DNA of 64,000 nucleotides from a virus (Duplodnaviria; Caudoviricetes): positions 1,183 through 65,182 of IMG/VR virus record IMGVR_UViG_3300021256_000013; one strand, 5' to 3'. The notes under the pieces are model-generated. The model was given only the letters and a program-made list of their open reading frames with translations, made no database searches and had not been told where the DNA came from. The position numbers and the translations under genes are program-made. Of the stretch, positions 17,882 through 27,644 are shown piece after piece. Each line of letters opens with the position of its first letter. The stretch's first letter is position 1.

Positions 17882-18896
17882 TCTCTATCTCCTTTTCATG
17901 TCTCAGATATTCTTCAAAGCCGTAAATCTTGTGTTTCTTACAGAATTTTGAGTAGCAATCAAAGCACATAGCCCCGATCCGGATGCAGGTGTACCGCTTG
18001 TTTTTGTAGGCCGTTCCAACCCTGGCCTGCAGTGTGACCATATTGTGCTTCTTCAGCTTCTTCCGGCACTCCATGCATTTGTCTGTCGTGAGCCAGGACT
18101 GGAGCCTGCCCATTCCACGGAGAGTGAGCTCATCCGGGTATTCCTGCGACATTAGTTCTTCGCCAACGATCGGGCTGAGATTATCCCTCATAAACACCGG
18201 CACTTCCATTTTGTCGGCCAGCGCGAGTATTGACTCTATCCACTTTCGCTGCGGAACCACTTTGTTCTTTACCCGCCCTGTCATGGCTCCGATCGTGATC
18301 CAATCAACCCCTTCCAGATCCTCTGGTGAAAGGAAGAGCTCTTCCGTCAGCGGCTCAAAGTTCACAAATGTTTTTCTTCCGGAGGGAAGCAGGTCCACTT
18401 TCTCAATATCCTTGTTCTTTGTGATCGTGACTCCGTACCAGTAGTGATTCCCTTCCGGCAGTTCCACCTGCCCATATCTTTTTGGGTTTCTGGTCAGGAA
18501 CATGTAGTAATGCTGCGGTGTCGCAGCGCAAGTTTCAAAAACGAAACGGATCCAGTCATCCGGTATGCTGTCACCGAACCCGTCCGAGATTGCATTTACC
18601 AGTACGCGGCGGCTTTCACGGATAGGTCGGTAATCATTTGCTTTATACCTGTGGAGGGTGGGAGAGGGGCCAAACGGATATTCAACGATCCTTCCGGTCT
18701 CATCCCTGATCGGGGACTGCAGGTCATAGCATCCTCCTGTCTCCGTAAAGATGTCCGTCATAGCCTTGTGCCGCCTGGTGTCTCCGCCCTGCGCTTTCGT
18801 GAGGCGCTTCGCAAAGCAGTAATCGCAGTCGTACTCACAGCCGGTAATCAGGTTGTAGGTGTATTCGGCCCATTCAATTCTCGTGTACTGCATCAT
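17847..18896 (-). CDS. DUF5131 (phage Gp37/Gp68) radical-SAM-like protein
   Basis: TRIEWAEYTYNLITGCEYDCDYCFA (CX3CX2C), HYYMFLTRNP, FVNFEPL, DWITIGAMTG. Confidence 0.82.
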   Translation of the reverse strand: MMQYTRIEWAEYTYNLITGCEYDCDYCFAKRLTKAQGGDTRRHKAMTDIFTETGGCYDLQSPIRDETGRIVEYPFGPSPTLHRYKANDYRPIRESRRVLVNAISDGFGDSIPDDWIRFVFETCAATPQHYYMFLTRNPKRYGQVELPEGNHYWYGVTITKNKDIEKVDLLPSGRKTFVNFEPLTEELFLSPEDLEGVDWITIGAMTGRVKNKVVPQRKWIESILALADKMEVPVFMRDNLSPIVGEELMSQEYPDELTLRGMGRLQSWLTTDKCMECRKKLKKHNMVTLQARVGTAYKNKRYTCIRIGAMCFDCYSKFCKKHKIYGFEEYLRHEKEIENGKEKKLPENK

Positions 18897-19083
18897 CCAC
18901 CTCCCAGTATTCGACCGTGTATTCCATCTGCGCATTCTTCTTGCCTTCGGATCCTTCCACGGGTTTACGGTTTATGAAGACTGCGTACCCGCATTTTGCA
19001 AGGAGTTGCACCAGATATAACCGGTCTTCCTCGTTCCATTGAACCGAGCCTTTTCTGATGCTCCTTATGACCTGTCTTTTCAT
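18874..19083 (-). CDS. Small hypothetical protein
   Basis: WNEEDRLYLVQLLAKCGYAV...YTVEYWE. Confidence 0.65.
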   Translation of the reverse strand: MKRQVIRSIRKGSVQWNEEDRLYLVQLLAKCGYAVFINRKPVEGSEGKKNAQMEYTVEYWEVDDAVHEN

Positions 19084-21116
19084 CAGCTGGCCCTCACTTT
19101 CATGCTCTGGCTATCTTTCGCTATCTCATGCATTTTTCTTTCAAATGCGCTTACGAAGGCCTTCACATCTTTTGGCATGTCGCAGTTGTGGGATCCTCTG
19201 CATTGGATGACCCTGTTATCACGCCACTCCATAGTGAAGAACGGTCTTTCCGGTTCTTCAACCCTGCGCACAAACAGGATCGTTGTCTTTCCTTCTGCGA
19301 CCCTGTTCGCATAAGTTGCGACACAATGGTGCAGTGTCTTGCCTTCTTCCTTGAGTTCATCCACTGATCCGGGAAGTCTGATCAGATACTTCTTTGTTTC
19401 CATGTGCATCGGGTCAACACCGGTCATGGATTTCATCTGCTCCTTAATGATCTTGTCGATACCTTCAACGGCTTTCCTGATGTTGGCGTCGCGTTTCTCC
19501 TGGAGCTCCCTATATACCCTGTCATGCGTTTTTCTGAAATCCGGTGGCATCAGGACATATGGATCATTCAAGTCATACCCGAGTTCCCCGCACCAATCTG
19601 TGTAATCCGTCCAGTCATGGAAGAAATTTGCCCGGGTTGATGCGTCCTTTTTCCATCTGCCAGCTTGTTTCTTTGCGTATCTGGCGAACTTCCTGATGGA
19701 CAATCCATGGGCGAATATTGCCCGGAGTATTGTTGTGCTCGTGCCAAAGGCATCGATAAACTCCTGTAATTCTGATCTATTCACATCCTTCATGCAGCGC
19801 TCTACTTCACGGAACAGGCCAATCATGCTGTTTCCTCCGTTCAGCTCACGCAGCATCCGGAGATGAGGCTTTGAAAGCAGCTTCAATTCCTTCAGGACAT
19901 TCGGTTCATGCCAGTACAGGATATTGCGGATATTCTCCATCGCAAGTTTTGAAAGTCCTGTTTTTGCAAGCATTTCCAGCTCATTGCATTTCTCATAAGC
20001 CCTGAGATACTGGAATACCGGTATGTGTCTGAATTCTTCTTTCTCCTGCAGGGATTCCAGCCCGCTATACCGATATGGCGTATCTGCCAGCAGATCTCTC
20101 AGACCGTCCCTTCGTATGATGAATTCCGTTACATTGTTCTTCCCGACGTCCGGGCACCAACGCTCACTGTGACTCTGTTTGTACTCTGCATATTCAAAGC
20201 ACTCCCAGCTGTACCCGTTCATGAAGATCCTGCCAAACTCATGTATATGCTGCGTCTTTTTGATCATCAGCAACGGCATTTCCGTCTTGCGAAAAACATA
20301 ACTGATTGAGAAACACCGGAAGAGAAGACGACCGTCCTCGATCTTCTGGACAATCACCACGTTGTTTTCGGCAAGCTCCGTTTCGTGCCATCGCTTCATG
20401 GTCTTCATGAAAACCGGGCTCCCGCAGCACGGGCATTCGCCCCATTCATTCATCCGCAGCCTGACTTCTCTGGAATCGATCTCCATATGCTGACCGCATT
20501 CCGTGCAGAATGCCTGTCTGATCCGGATCTTGCTGTTGCCGTCATAGATCAGATACCGGCGGGATCTCATTCCGTAGTCGTGGATCCACGTCTCAAAGTC
20601 TTCCGGAAGGCCCGGGACAAGCTCCATCATCAGGTTCGTGTGTGCCAGTTCCCGTTCGTGCCTTTCACTGAGCCGTCTCGCCAGTATTTTGTCCTGCCAG
20701 TCCTCAACCGTTATGAACGGCGTTTTCTCCTGATTGCTCCACCAGCTTCTTGCGGCCGGCGGGAAGCGGCGTTCGAACAGTTTCCGGCTTTTGGTATCTA
20801 CGAACACCACGCTATTCCAAGGGCTGTTCCAGTATCCAACCTGGAGAGTGTTGGACATTTTCCCTGTCAGCCATTTTGTCTTCTCTACGGTAAGATCCTG
20901 CGTGATATAATCGTCCTCGCTCAGGAAGAAGCGGTACTTTGCCTGCGTGGTGCCTTCCGTCCGCATATCCACGGCGCTCCATGCACTTACCTGCAGGATC
21001 CCATCTAACTCTGATACATGAAGGAGCCATCGGCTTTGTTCCGCGTTCCTGGCCAGCTCTATGTATTCCGGCTTTGCCACTGGCCTTGGTATCTGCCGGA
21101 GCAATTTCTTATCCAT
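19083..21116 (-). CDS. PcfJ domain-containing protein
   Basis: C-terminal LKEEGKTLHHCVATYANRV...ILFVRRVEEPERPFFTME...QCRGSHN, internal CTECG/CPCCG Zn fingers. Confidence 0.88.
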   Translation of the reverse strand: MDKKLLRQIPRPVAKPEYIELARNAEQSRWLLHVSELDGILQVSAWSAVDMRTEGTTQAKYRFFLSEDDYITQDLTVEKTKWLTGKMSNTLQVGYWNSPWNSVVFVDTKSRKLFERRFPPAARSWWSNQEKTPFITVEDWQDKILARRLSERHERELAHTNLMMELVPGLPEDFETWIHDYGMRSRRYLIYDGNSKIRIRQAFCTECGQHMEIDSREVRLRMNEWGECPCCGSPVFMKTMKRWHETELAENNVVIVQKIEDGRLLFRCFSISYVFRKTEMPLLMIKKTQHIHEFGRIFMNGYSWECFEYAEYKQSHSERWCPDVGKNNVTEFIIRRDGLRDLLADTPYRYSGLESLQEKEEFRHIPVFQYLRAYEKCNELEMLAKTGLSKLAMENIRNILYWHEPNVLKELKLLSKPHLRMLRELNGGNSMIGLFREVERCMKDVNRSELQEFIDAFGTSTTILRAIFAHGLSIRKFARYAKKQAGRWKKDASTRANFFHDWTDYTDWCGELGYDLNDPYVLMPPDFRKTHDRVYRELQEKRDANIRKAVEGIDKIIKEQMKSMTGVDPMHMETKKYLIRLPGSVDELKEEGKTLHHCVATYANRVAEGKTTILFVRRVEEPERPFFTMEWRDNRVIQCRGSHNCDMPKDVKAFVSAFERKMHEIAKDSQSMKVRAS

Positions 21117-21651
21117 TGAGTCCTCCAAACAGATCGAAGATGGACATCTGCCCGGATTCCTCGTCTTTTTCCTTCTGCGTCTTCTTCGGTTTCTTCTGCG
21201 CCTTCGGTTTCGCCAGGATCTCAGGCTCCGGTTCATCCTCGTCCTTCTTGCCTTCCTCTGGCTTTGCTGTGGCCTTCTCTATGGCTTTCTTCATGTCGTA
21301 TGTAGAAGTCTTAGGCTTTGCGGGCTTCGTCTTGCCAGAGGTCTTTTCTGCGGCCTTCCCGGCCACCTTCTCGACATCCTTGTCTGTTCCCCTGTAGTAG
21401 TCTTCGGCCCATTCGAAAACCGTCTCGTCGATAATTGCAGCGGCTTTCTGTCCTCCTGCCATTTTCCGTGCCTTCTCATAGATGTACTTGAAGCACTGTT
21501 CCCAGCTTTTCTGATTCTTCAGCACATCCTTCGCAAGGCCCTCGTCTTCCTCGATGCGTTTGATCAGGTAATCAATGATCGGCTTAGCAAATGATTTCTG
21601 CTTCGCGGCTTTCAATTCCTCCCGAAGCTTGCTGATAGCTTTGTCTTTCAT
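21109..21651 (-). CDS. PcfK-like / AcrIIA9-family protein
   Basis: KSWEQCFKYIYEKARK...IIDETVFEWAEDYY, acidic/basic tail ending QMSIFDLF, upstream of pcfJ. Confidence 0.72.
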   Translation of the reverse strand: MKDKAISKLREELKAAKQKSFAKPIIDYLIKRIEEDEGLAKDVLKNQKSWEQCFKYIYEKARKMAGGQKAAAIIDETVFEWAEDYYRGTDKDVEKVAGKAAEKTSGKTKPAKPKTSTYDMKKAIEKATAKPEEGKKDEDEPEPEILAKPKAQKKPKKTQKEKDEESGQMSIFDLFGGLNG

Positions 21652-22468
21652 TCAGTTCCTCCTCTCTGAAGTTGAAAAAGAATGTGTACTTTCTGACCGG
21701 ATCCGGTTCTATGGCCGGTGTTCTGACTCTGGTCAGAAGATCCATCTTCCTGCCGATCCTCCTGATGCTCCACTCGTCACGATAGAAGAAAGGCGTGTAC
21801 CAAAATTCCTGTCCTTCTTTTTCATCAGGTATCAGCACATCCCCCGTCATTGGATTGCTGAGCGTATCGGCGATAACTATGTAGCCCGGCATTCCGAGCA
21901 GTGACATCTGGATATAGGCCATCATGCCGGCGATCCTGTCTATATCCTGCCCAACAAAGAGCATCGAATTCTGGTAATTGATTCCCATGATCCTTGCCTT
22001 GCTGGCAGCTGCGACCATCATGGCACCGCCTCCGATGCACGGATCGCAAATGGAAATCCATCCGTCACGCTCGATCTTTCCCTTCAGGTCGTCCATTTGG
22101 ATATCTGCCATGAGATGGCACAGGCTGTATGGGGTGAAGAATTGTCCGTGCCAGTGCGACCCAAGCTCAAACCTCATGTAGAGAGAGCCGAGGAAATCCT
22201 GATCTGGATTCGCTTCCAGCGCGTCCACTACCACACCGAAGGCTTTCGCAGGAAGATCAATACCGCCGCACCGTTTCAGGCAGCCCTGATATTCCTTTTC
22301 GCGTCTTTGCCTTCTCACGCTGTCCGGATCAAGCGCGTTGCTGATGGAGGTGGCCATCATGGTTATGAGGTCTGCCCATACTTCCCACTTCATCCGGTTG
22401 TAAGTCAGCTTATCCATGATCTTCTCGAATTCCTTCTCGTACTCGTCCTTGGCCTTGAAGTGCCTCAC
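21584..22468 (-). CDS. N-6 DNA methylase-like protein
   Basis: GQFFTPYSLC, ICDPCIGGGAM (motif I), GQDID, ADTLSNP. Confidence 0.82.
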   Translation of the reverse strand: MRHFKAKDEYEKEFEKIMDKLTYNRMKWEVWADLITMMATSISNALDPDSVRRQRREKEYQGCLKRCGGIDLPAKAFGVVVDALEANPDQDFLGSLYMRFELGSHWHGQFFTPYSLCHLMADIQMDDLKGKIERDGWISICDPCIGGGAMMVAAASKARIMGINYQNSMLFVGQDIDRIAGMMAYIQMSLLGMPGYIVIADTLSNPMTGDVLIPDEKEGQEFWYTPFFYRDEWSIRRIGRKMDLLTRVRTPAIEPDPVRKYTFFFNFREEELNERQSYQQASGGIESREAEIIC

Positions 22469-23340
22469 GCTCCACCACCTCCCATTTCTTCTTCCCGGAA
22501 TTGCTCCTTCATGATCATTTCGGACACAGCATCCCAGTCAGTATTACTCTGCGTGAAGTTTGAGAAACTGGTGGCCCTGGCTTTTGATTCCACCGGAGCG
22601 GGACGATAATTCTCGTCCAGATAATCGATATAACCGCTGTTGAAAAAAGTGCTCCCATTCTTCCAGTTAGGGGTAAATGCACCGCTGCGCTCCTTAGTAT
22701 TATGCTCATCGACATACCTCTGGATCGCACGAAGCATTTGTTCTTCCCCGATTTCAAGGAAGGCTCTTTTCTTTGCATCGCTGACATTACCCTTGCCCCT
22801 TTTGTTCGGGTATCTGTCCCATAGTCTTTCAAACAGTTCGTTTGCTTCGCGCTGTTTGTTCCTTGCAGGCTTCTTTTGGCTATCCTCCAGAACCTGCTCG
22901 GAGCCAACCGGCTCTGAGCATATATTTTGATTCTGATTCGGATTCTGATTCGGATTGGATTGGATTGGATTACGGGGACATTTGAAATCATCTGATATCA
23001 TTTGCATGCAAGTTGCATCAGGTGCAGGATACTTGCTTTTCTTTGCCCGGATCTGTTGGTGGCGCTCCCATGTTACCAGTTGCAGGACGGGTCTTCCCTG
23101 TACCACGTACCTTTGTACCAGTCCTGCCGCGGATAACTTATCGAGGGCCTTCTTTAGATCGGAGTCTCTGATATCTTTGAGAGGAAAACAAATGCTGTTT
23201 ATAATCTTCTCCCGTCCATCGAACCTTCCGTAATCGTCGCAATTGACGATCAGCCTATAAAACAGACACTCTTCAAACCAGGATAAGGAATCGATCTCAT
23301 CGCTTCGGCAGATGCTCTCTTTCAATATCCTGTTTGGCAC
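22465..23340 (-). CDS. Phage replication initiator (replisome organiser)
   Basis: MPNRILKESICRSDEIDSLSWFEE...FERLWDRYPNKRGK...KNGSTFFN. Confidence 0.82.
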   Translation of the reverse strand: MPNRILKESICRSDEIDSLSWFEECLFYRLIVNCDDYGRFDGREKIINSICFPLKDIRDSDLKKALDKLSAAGLVQRYVVQGRPVLQLVTWERHQQIRAKKSKYPAPDATCMQMISDDFKCPRNPIQSNPNQNPNQNQNICSEPVGSEQVLEDSQKKPARNKQREANELFERLWDRYPNKRGKGNVSDAKKRAFLEIGEEQMLRAIQRYVDEHNTKERSGAFTPNWKNGSTFFNSGYIDYLDENYRPAPVESKARATSFSNFTQSNTDWDAVSEMIMKEQFREEEMGGGGA

Positions 23341-23355
23341 ATCACCACCTCCCCA

Positions 23356-26300
23356 TTAATCCCACTGGACGTGACTTCCGTCATCGTCCTTTGTTACTGT
23401 GACGCTCTGACTGAACCTGGCCTTGAACTCATCATCATGTGTGATTGCCATGATTTCCATGTTCGGGTATCTCTGCCTGATCGCCTCGAGCGCGTCTACA
23501 TAAGCCTGTGTTCCCTCGTCATCGAGGAACGGCGGTTCGTCAATGTGAAGCATCCCCAGCTGGATCCCCGCAGCGGTTGCTTTGATCTCTGACAGAGAGA
23601 GGATGACGGCGAGAGAGGATTTTACCTTTTCGCCACCAGACTTCGCCGCATATGGCAGCTTCGTCTTCCCGTATTCGTCGATCAGCACATCGAGCGTCGC
23701 TTTCTCGTTTCCGGTGCCCTTCACAATCTTATCCAGCACAAACTCCACGCCCATCGTCCCGCCGGTCATGGATCCGAGGATCGAGTTGGCCGTATCGGTG
23801 ATATGAGGAATGATGTTCCTGATGATCTGGTGAGGAACCCCATCCTGACTGAAGGCCTGTTTCAGCGCGTCATACCTGACCGCAGTAACCGCATCAGAGT
23901 CGATTTTCTTCTGCAGGATTGCAATCTCAAGCTTCAGCGCTTCGATATCCTCCAACTTCTGTGTGAGCGTTCCCTTCGTGATATTCAGCCGCTCCTGCGT
24001 CTGACTGTTGGCCTGCAGCTTCATCTTCGTGTCGAGCAACTTCGTCTCGATGTCCGTCTCAAAACCAGCCAGCTCCGTCTGAGCGCCCGTCATGCGGACA
24101 ATGGCGTCTGTCAGCGCGTGTTCATCATCAGTCAGTTTTGCCTTGGCCGATTCCAGTTTCTCAGCGAAATTCTTCCGGCGTTCCTCCCAGAGAGGGATCT
24201 CATTCCGCTGCTCGATATAGGAAATGAGAGTGTAGTACATGGACTTTGCCTCCATATACCTTGTCACCGATTCAGAGAGGGTATTCGCCGTTTCTGCAAG
24301 CCTGAGGGCTTCAGATTTGACCTCTGTGACCTTTTCCTCGCACTGGGTGAGGGATTCTTGGGTTGAGGTGATTTCTCCCTCCAGGCGGCTTATAGCGCGT
24401 TCTGCATCTTCGTGCTGTTTTCTGATGGTTTCGTAAGGTGTCAGTGCCCGGATCCGCGCTGCCAGCTCTGTTTCCTTATCAGCGCTGTAGCCGATCTCCT
24501 GCAGTTTGGCCATGTTGTTTGCCTTGCGGTTTTCAAAACTCTGCTTCTTTTCAATTAACGTTTCCTGTATTCCATTGAGTTCTGCGATCAGGCCTTCCAC
24601 CTTATCTGCGTCAATCTTTGCCTGAGAGAGGAATTTGCAGGTCGCCGTTTCAACGATCGGGCACCCGGAGTTATCAAGGAATGCCTTCTGTTCCATGCAT
24701 TTCTTCAGTTCCGCCTGCTTCATGTTGCGGTCAGACATGAGGCCCATGATTTCCTTCTGCATCTTTACAATCTCTTCAGAAGACGATTTCATGAACTCAG
24801 CTTCCTGATCCTTCTTCGCCCGGAGCGCCTCCATTTCCTGTCTTGCGATGGAAAGCTCATCGATCCTCTGGTCAATATCTGCCGGGATGGAATCTCCACG
24901 GAGAAGATCGATCTTCTGTTTTGATGCCTGGATAGCAGACCTTAATGTGTCTGCGCGGAGCTTAAGCGAAACAACTTCCCGCTGTTTCTGTTCCTGCTGG
25001 CCGACGATCTCATCCCTGCGGACCACATCTGCCTGGAGGTTCTTCATGAGTTTTTCCGATTCTTCACATTCTGCAGCCTTCTTCCTGATCTCCTCTGATT
25101 TGGCAAGCTGCATATCGCATGCACTGATATTGGTGTTCAGCTCTGAAATAGTCTTTTCATCGGCTTCGGTGTCAGCCTTTTTCTTGTCCCTTTCAGCGGA
25201 CGCCTTCCGATATTCCTCAAGGGCTTTTGCGTAAGAAGCAGATTTTTCCTTGAGAAGATCATATTTTGCCTGAAGGATTTCGCCCTCCTTCCGGAAGGAG
25301 TTGAGCATCATTTCCAGATCCTGCAGCTCCTTCTCCGGATCTCCCTTCTGGCTGATCTGCTCTGTGTGGATCCTGACGTCCTCACGCGCTGCGGCGAGTG
25401 CCCTTTTGACGTCTGCCAGATTGTCCCTGGCGATCTTTTCCATGTACTGGTAAATGCCGAGGCCGAGAAGGTTGGCAAGGATTGAAACACGGTCTTCCTT
25501 CTTTGCCTGCAGGAAGAGCCCGTACTGATCCTGCATGATGAGAGCGCAGGAGCGGAAAGTCATGCTGTCCATCCCGATAATGTTGATGATTTCCTCCTGC
25601 GTGTCTGCGAAACGTTCCTTTGACCTGTTTTCCCATGCGCCATCTTCACCGAGCTGGGATATGTTCAGCGTTGCCCTGCCTGACTTTACTCTCGTCCGGA
25701 CCACGCGGAACCGGCTTTCCCCGATGTCGAAAACGAACTCGATCGAGCCACCTCTTGCATCCTCTGTGGCGCGGATCCAGCCCTTGAGGTCTCCTTCCCT
25801 CGGCTCCTCGTAAAGTGCGTCAATAATTGCGTCCATGAAGAGAGAGGACTTACCGGCTCCGTTCTGGCCATTGATCGTGCAGAACTTGATGTCGGTGAAA
25901 TCGAATTCAGCGTCCTTGTAATTCCTGTAATTGTGGACACTGATTGATACCGGGCGAAATACGCCATGCACCTTTGATGTGACCGCAAGCATCTGCGCTT
26001 TCCTGATGATCGGTTCACCAAGCTCCGCAATCTCATCTGGATCCGGGAACTTCTTTTCATCGAGCCATTTCTTCAGGTTGGCAAGCGGATCTGATTCTTC
26101 CGAGAGAAGGTCCTTGTTCGTAATCTCCGCTGTGGTGTCAGCCTCGATCTCAGCGACATAGAAAGCGCCGGCTTCATAAAGCTGCGACTGGAGAAGCGGA
26201 ATATTCATCGCTTCCTTCTGCTCAGGAGTGCATTTGTAATGGATTCTGACAATCTTATCCTTGACCGTGTCAGCGATCTGCCGGGCGGCGATGTACAGCG

Positions 26301-27192
26301 TCGGGGACTGAAGGTATTCTGTGACGTCCTCTGGAGCCCATTTCAGCGTGATGAAATGACGATACGGGAGAATATGGAAGCTGGACTCCACAAGCCGTCT
26401 CTGGTCAAATCTGTGGACGTAGAAGCCACGTTCCTGACCCTCGTCGTTGAAGTTGAGGGCATTGACAGCGCCTGCGTAGTACACGTTTTCAAATCCGAAC
26501 ACCAGCTGGGGCCTGTGGATATGGCCGAGACAGGCTGCATCGAATTGAGCAGCACGGAGAACCTCGGTCGGAATGACCGGCTCAAAGTTGGCAAAGAAAC
26601 TGGTCTGTCCGGATTCTGTATTGCAGCCCGGAACTGTGTAATGTGCGGCCAGTACCGCAGGTTTTCCTTCTTCGCACTGGATTCGCAGTCCGAGGACGAT
26701 CTTTCCGATTTCTTCGGTCCATACCTGGTTCTCTTCCTCCGATGTGAGACCAGGATACTTCGCACGGAAAACACCTTTGTCAAATCCGGGGATACATGCG
26801 AAATTCGCATATGCTGTCTGGATCACCTGCGGGGTGGTCGCGATCTTAACCTTCGCATCATCGCGGAAGAGTTCTTCCAGAAGCCGGAACTGACCGGCTC
26901 CGTCGTGGTTTGGTGTGCCGCGAAGGACGATCACGTTATTGGTTGTTTCTGCCAGGCTCCTGATGGTCTGCTCCGCAAGGACGACTTCCTGAGAGACCCT
27001 ATTGGCCTGAACCTCAGCCTGGTTGAAGATGTCTCCGGATATCACGATGATATCCGGCTGTTCTGCTTTCGCCTGTTCCACAAGGGAATTGAGGCAGTTC
27101 GCTATGTCAGCGAACCTGAGATTGACGCCCTCCCTGACAGGCCCTTTGTAATTTCCGATATGCCAATCGGAAGTGTGAAGGAGTTTGATCAT
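23356..27192 (-). CDS. Single-chain SbcD-SbcC (Mre11-Rad50) fusion
   Basis: Phosphoesterase motifs SDWH, SGD, PNHD, GHIH followed by ABC-ATPase Walker A GQNGAGKS, Q-loop, coiled coil with CP..C hook, KSGGE signature, IDE Walker B, THD. Confidence 0.92.
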   Translation of the reverse strand: MIKLLHTSDWHIGNYKGPVREGVNLRFADIANCLNSLVEQAKAEQPDIIVISGDIFNQAEVQANRVSQEVVLAEQTIRSLAETTNNVIVLRGTPNHDGAGQFRLLEELFRDDAKVKIATTPQVIQTAYANFACIPGFDKGVFRAKYPGLTSEEENQVWTEEIGKIVLGLRIQCEEGKPAVLAAHYTVPGCNTESGQTSFFANFEPVIPTEVLRAAQFDAACLGHIHRPQLVFGFENVYYAGAVNALNFNDEGQERGFYVHRFDQRRLVESSFHILPYRHFITLKWAPEDVTEYLQSPTLYIAARQIADTVKDKIVRIHYKCTPEQKEAMNIPLLQSQLYEAGAFYVAEIEADTTAEITNKDLLSEESDPLANLKKWLDEKKFPDPDEIAELGEPIIRKAQMLAVTSKVHGVFRPVSISVHNYRNYKDAEFDFTDIKFCTINGQNGAGKSSLFMDAIIDALYEEPREGDLKGWIRATEDARGGSIEFVFDIGESRFRVVRTRVKSGRATLNISQLGEDGAWENRSKERFADTQEEIINIIGMDSMTFRSCALIMQDQYGLFLQAKKEDRVSILANLLGLGIYQYMEKIARDNLADVKRALAAAREDVRIHTEQISQKGDPEKELQDLEMMLNSFRKEGEILQAKYDLLKEKSASYAKALEEYRKASAERDKKKADTEADEKTISELNTNISACDMQLAKSEEIRKKAAECEESEKLMKNLQADVVRRDEIVGQQEQKQREVVSLKLRADTLRSAIQASKQKIDLLRGDSIPADIDQRIDELSIARQEMEALRAKKDQEAEFMKSSSEEIVKMQKEIMGLMSDRNMKQAELKKCMEQKAFLDNSGCPIVETATCKFLSQAKIDADKVEGLIAELNGIQETLIEKKQSFENRKANNMAKLQEIGYSADKETELAARIRALTPYETIRKQHEDAERAISRLEGEITSTQESLTQCEEKVTEVKSEALRLAETANTLSESVTRYMEAKSMYYTLISYIEQRNEIPLWEERRKNFAEKLESAKAKLTDDEHALTDAIVRMTGAQTELAGFETDIETKLLDTKMKLQANSQTQERLNITKGTLTQKLEDIEALKLEIAILQKKIDSDAVTAVRYDALKQAFSQDGVPHQIIRNIIPHITDTANSILGSMTGGTMGVEFVLDKIVKGTGNEKATLDVLIDEYGKTKLPYAAKSGGEKVKSSLAVILSLSEIKATAAGIQLGMLHIDEPPFLDDEGTQAYVDALEAIRQRYPNMEIMAITHDDEFKARFSQSVTVTKDDDGSHVQWD

Positions 27193-27194
27193 GA

Positions 27195-27644
27195 TTATTT
27201 CCTTTCTTTCCCGCACTGTTCCATCCTGCGGGAAGCCGTGATGAGGTTTGATAGAAGTGCCAGCCCGACATAATCGTCAAGGCCGCATAAGCTGACTCCG
27301 TTTTCATCTTCGCTTGCCACTCCTGCGAAGATAACGGTTCCGCGGATCGGGATCTTATGGATCTCCGTACCATACAGCCAGCTTGCCACAAGGTTGATCG
27401 GGTAATCTTTCCTCCATGCTTCGTATTTATCCGTAAGCATGCAGACCGCTTTTCCGGGCGGATCGTCTTCCTGCGGGGTATCTGTGTTATGCCAGATGCT
27501 GTAGAGCCTTTCCGGGAAGACTGCCTTTGTGTCCGTACAGTACTTCCCGATAGCCTGCCTGATTGCCAGGCCCGGATCCTCTGCCTGTTCCAGATCAAGG
27601 GTGTCCGGGCTTCCTGTGGGGCGGAGTATGATAAGATTCCTCAT
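27195..27644 (-). CDS. DUF3846-like protein
   Basis: YPINLVASWLYGTEIHKIPIRGTVIF. Confidence 0.6.
   Translation of the reverse strand: MRNLIILRPTGSPDTLDLEQAEDPGLAIRQAIGKYCTDTKAVFPERLYSIWHNTDTPQEDDPPGKAVCMLTDKYEAWRKDYPINLVASWLYGTEIHKIPIRGTVIFAGVASEDENGVSLCGLDDYVGLALLSNLITASRRMEQCGKERK

Noticed and set aside
22925-22975. Short tandem repeats GATTCTGATTCG / GATTG in rep
   Set aside because: Encode the low-complexity NPIQSNPNQNPNQ linker usual in these initiators. Could border the origin, but there is no independent evidence.
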